Assembly: GCA_051942245.1 (NCBI GenBank)
Contig: JAVECL010000050.1
Coordinates: 1 to 64,000 of the forward strand
From: Trypethelium eluteriae
Taxonomy: Eukaryota
Length of the DNA: 64,000 nucleotides
Reading direction: 5' to 3'
A program made the position numbers and the translations under genes. The notes under the pieces are model-generated. The model had not been told where the DNA came from, did not search any database, and saw nothing but the letters and a program-made list of their open reading frames with translations. This document shows positions 62,812-64,000 of this stretch, one piece after another (position 1 is the first letter of the stretch; each line of letters begins with the position of its first letter).

Positions 62812-64000
62812 ATGAGCTCGGTTACTGACGAGCAGCCCGAATGGACTGCTCCGAAGGTCCGTAGCACGTTTCTGGACTACTTTGGGAAAAATGGCCACAC
62901 ATTCGGTATTACATTGATATTCAAAACCTGTGGAAGCATTCATTGATTTGGATCTTTCATAGTTCCCTCCTCATCAGTTGTCCCTCATAATGATCCCACT
63001 CTTCTATTCGCGAATGCGGGCATGAACCAATTCAAGCCAATTTTTCTTGGCACCGCTGACCCTGGGTCTGACTTCGCAAGCCTGAAACGTGCTGTCAACT
63101 CGCAAAAGTGCATTCGTGCGGGTGGAAAGCACAACGATCTGGACGATGTTGGGAAGGACAGCTACCACCATGTATATCTAACTCTATCTTGTCTTACCCC
63201 CAATTTTGCTGACTATTTGATAAGACATTCTTCGAGATGCTCGGCAATTGGAGCTTTGGTGACTATTTCAAGGAAGGCGCCATAAAGTTTTCGTGGGAGC
63301 TTCTAACCAAAGTGTTTGGTCTAGAACCGAACAGACTCTACGTCACTTACTTTGAAGGCAGTCCAGCAGGTGGCCTCGAGCCTGACTTAGAGGCCAAAGA
63401 CATATGGAAGTCTGTCGGGGTCGCTGATGACCACATCTTGCCCGGTAACATGAAGGACAATTTCTGGGAAATGGGTGAACAAGGGCCATGCGGTCCCTGT
63501 AGCGAGATTCACTATGACAGAATAGGTGGTCGAAACGCCGCACATCTCGTCAATCAAGACGACCCAAATGTCCTAGAGATCTGGAACAATGTCTTCATCC
63601 AGTACAATCGAGAGCTAGATAAGTCACTCAAGCCATTACCAAACAAGCATGTGGATACTGGATTGGGCTTCGAACGATTAGTCTCAGTCTTGCAGAACAA
63701 GATGTCGAATTATGACACTGATGTCTTCACACCCCTTTTCAAAAGTATTCAAGGACTTACTGGAAAACGGGAGTACCAAGGCAAGTTCGGAGATGATGAC
63801 GTAGATCAAATCGACACGGCGTACAGAGTAGTAGCAGATCACGTCCGCACACTTTCATTCGCCATCACCGATGGAGCTGTACCTGGTCCAACTGGCCAAG
63901 GCTATGTTGTACGAAGAGTCCTCAGGAGAGGTGCGCGGTACGCCAGAAATAAGCTCGATGCCGAGATCGGTAACTTCTTCTCACGCCTTGTACCCACACT
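62812..64000 (+). CDS. ALA1: Alanyl-tRNA synthetase, 5' part (runs off the window); possible upstream in-frame start at 62620
   Basis: [114 protein letters not shown]. Confidence 0.97.

Noticed and set aside
1..64000. tRNA, rRNA, snoRNA, CRISPR arrays, intact transposons, RiPP precursor repeats
   Set aside because: No cloverleaf, rRNA, sense-strand C/D box pair in the longer introns, repeat-spacer array, transposase/RT motif or KR-delimited repeat peptide was recognised by eye; Infernal, tRNAscan-SE and RepeatModeler would be needed to exclude them.

Overview
Genomic DNA of a filamentous ascomycete (short GT-AG introns with CTRAC-type branch points). Two tightly packed housekeeping blocks (about 0.5-9.8 kb: TVP38, F-box/JmjC, eIF4A, FAH-family hydrolase; about 32-64 kb: RTC4-like, TMEM14, membrane alpha/beta hydrolase, PPE1, UTP23, DUF726, Zn2Cys6 TF, allantoate-type MFS, FAN1, ALA1) flank a gene-poor accessory segment of about 22 kb (9.9-32.3 kb). 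That segment carries an intact 6-exon, 2878-aa iterative reducing PKS of the PKS-NRPS-hybrid type with architecture KS-AT-DH-cMT(degenerate)-ER0-KR-ACP-R and no C-A-T module. It also holds a divergent, frameshifted FAD-monooxygenase pseudogene, a DUF6594-like membrane protein and a small secreted 4-Cys protein. No trans-ER, P450, transporter or cluster regulator is visible near the PKS. A second notable accessory gene (56.2-57.9 kb, minus) encodes a non-secreted protein whose N-terminal domain shows the R-H-S-E motif layout of cholera-toxin-like ADP-ribosyltransferases. All family assignments are from motif recognition by eye; no searches were run.
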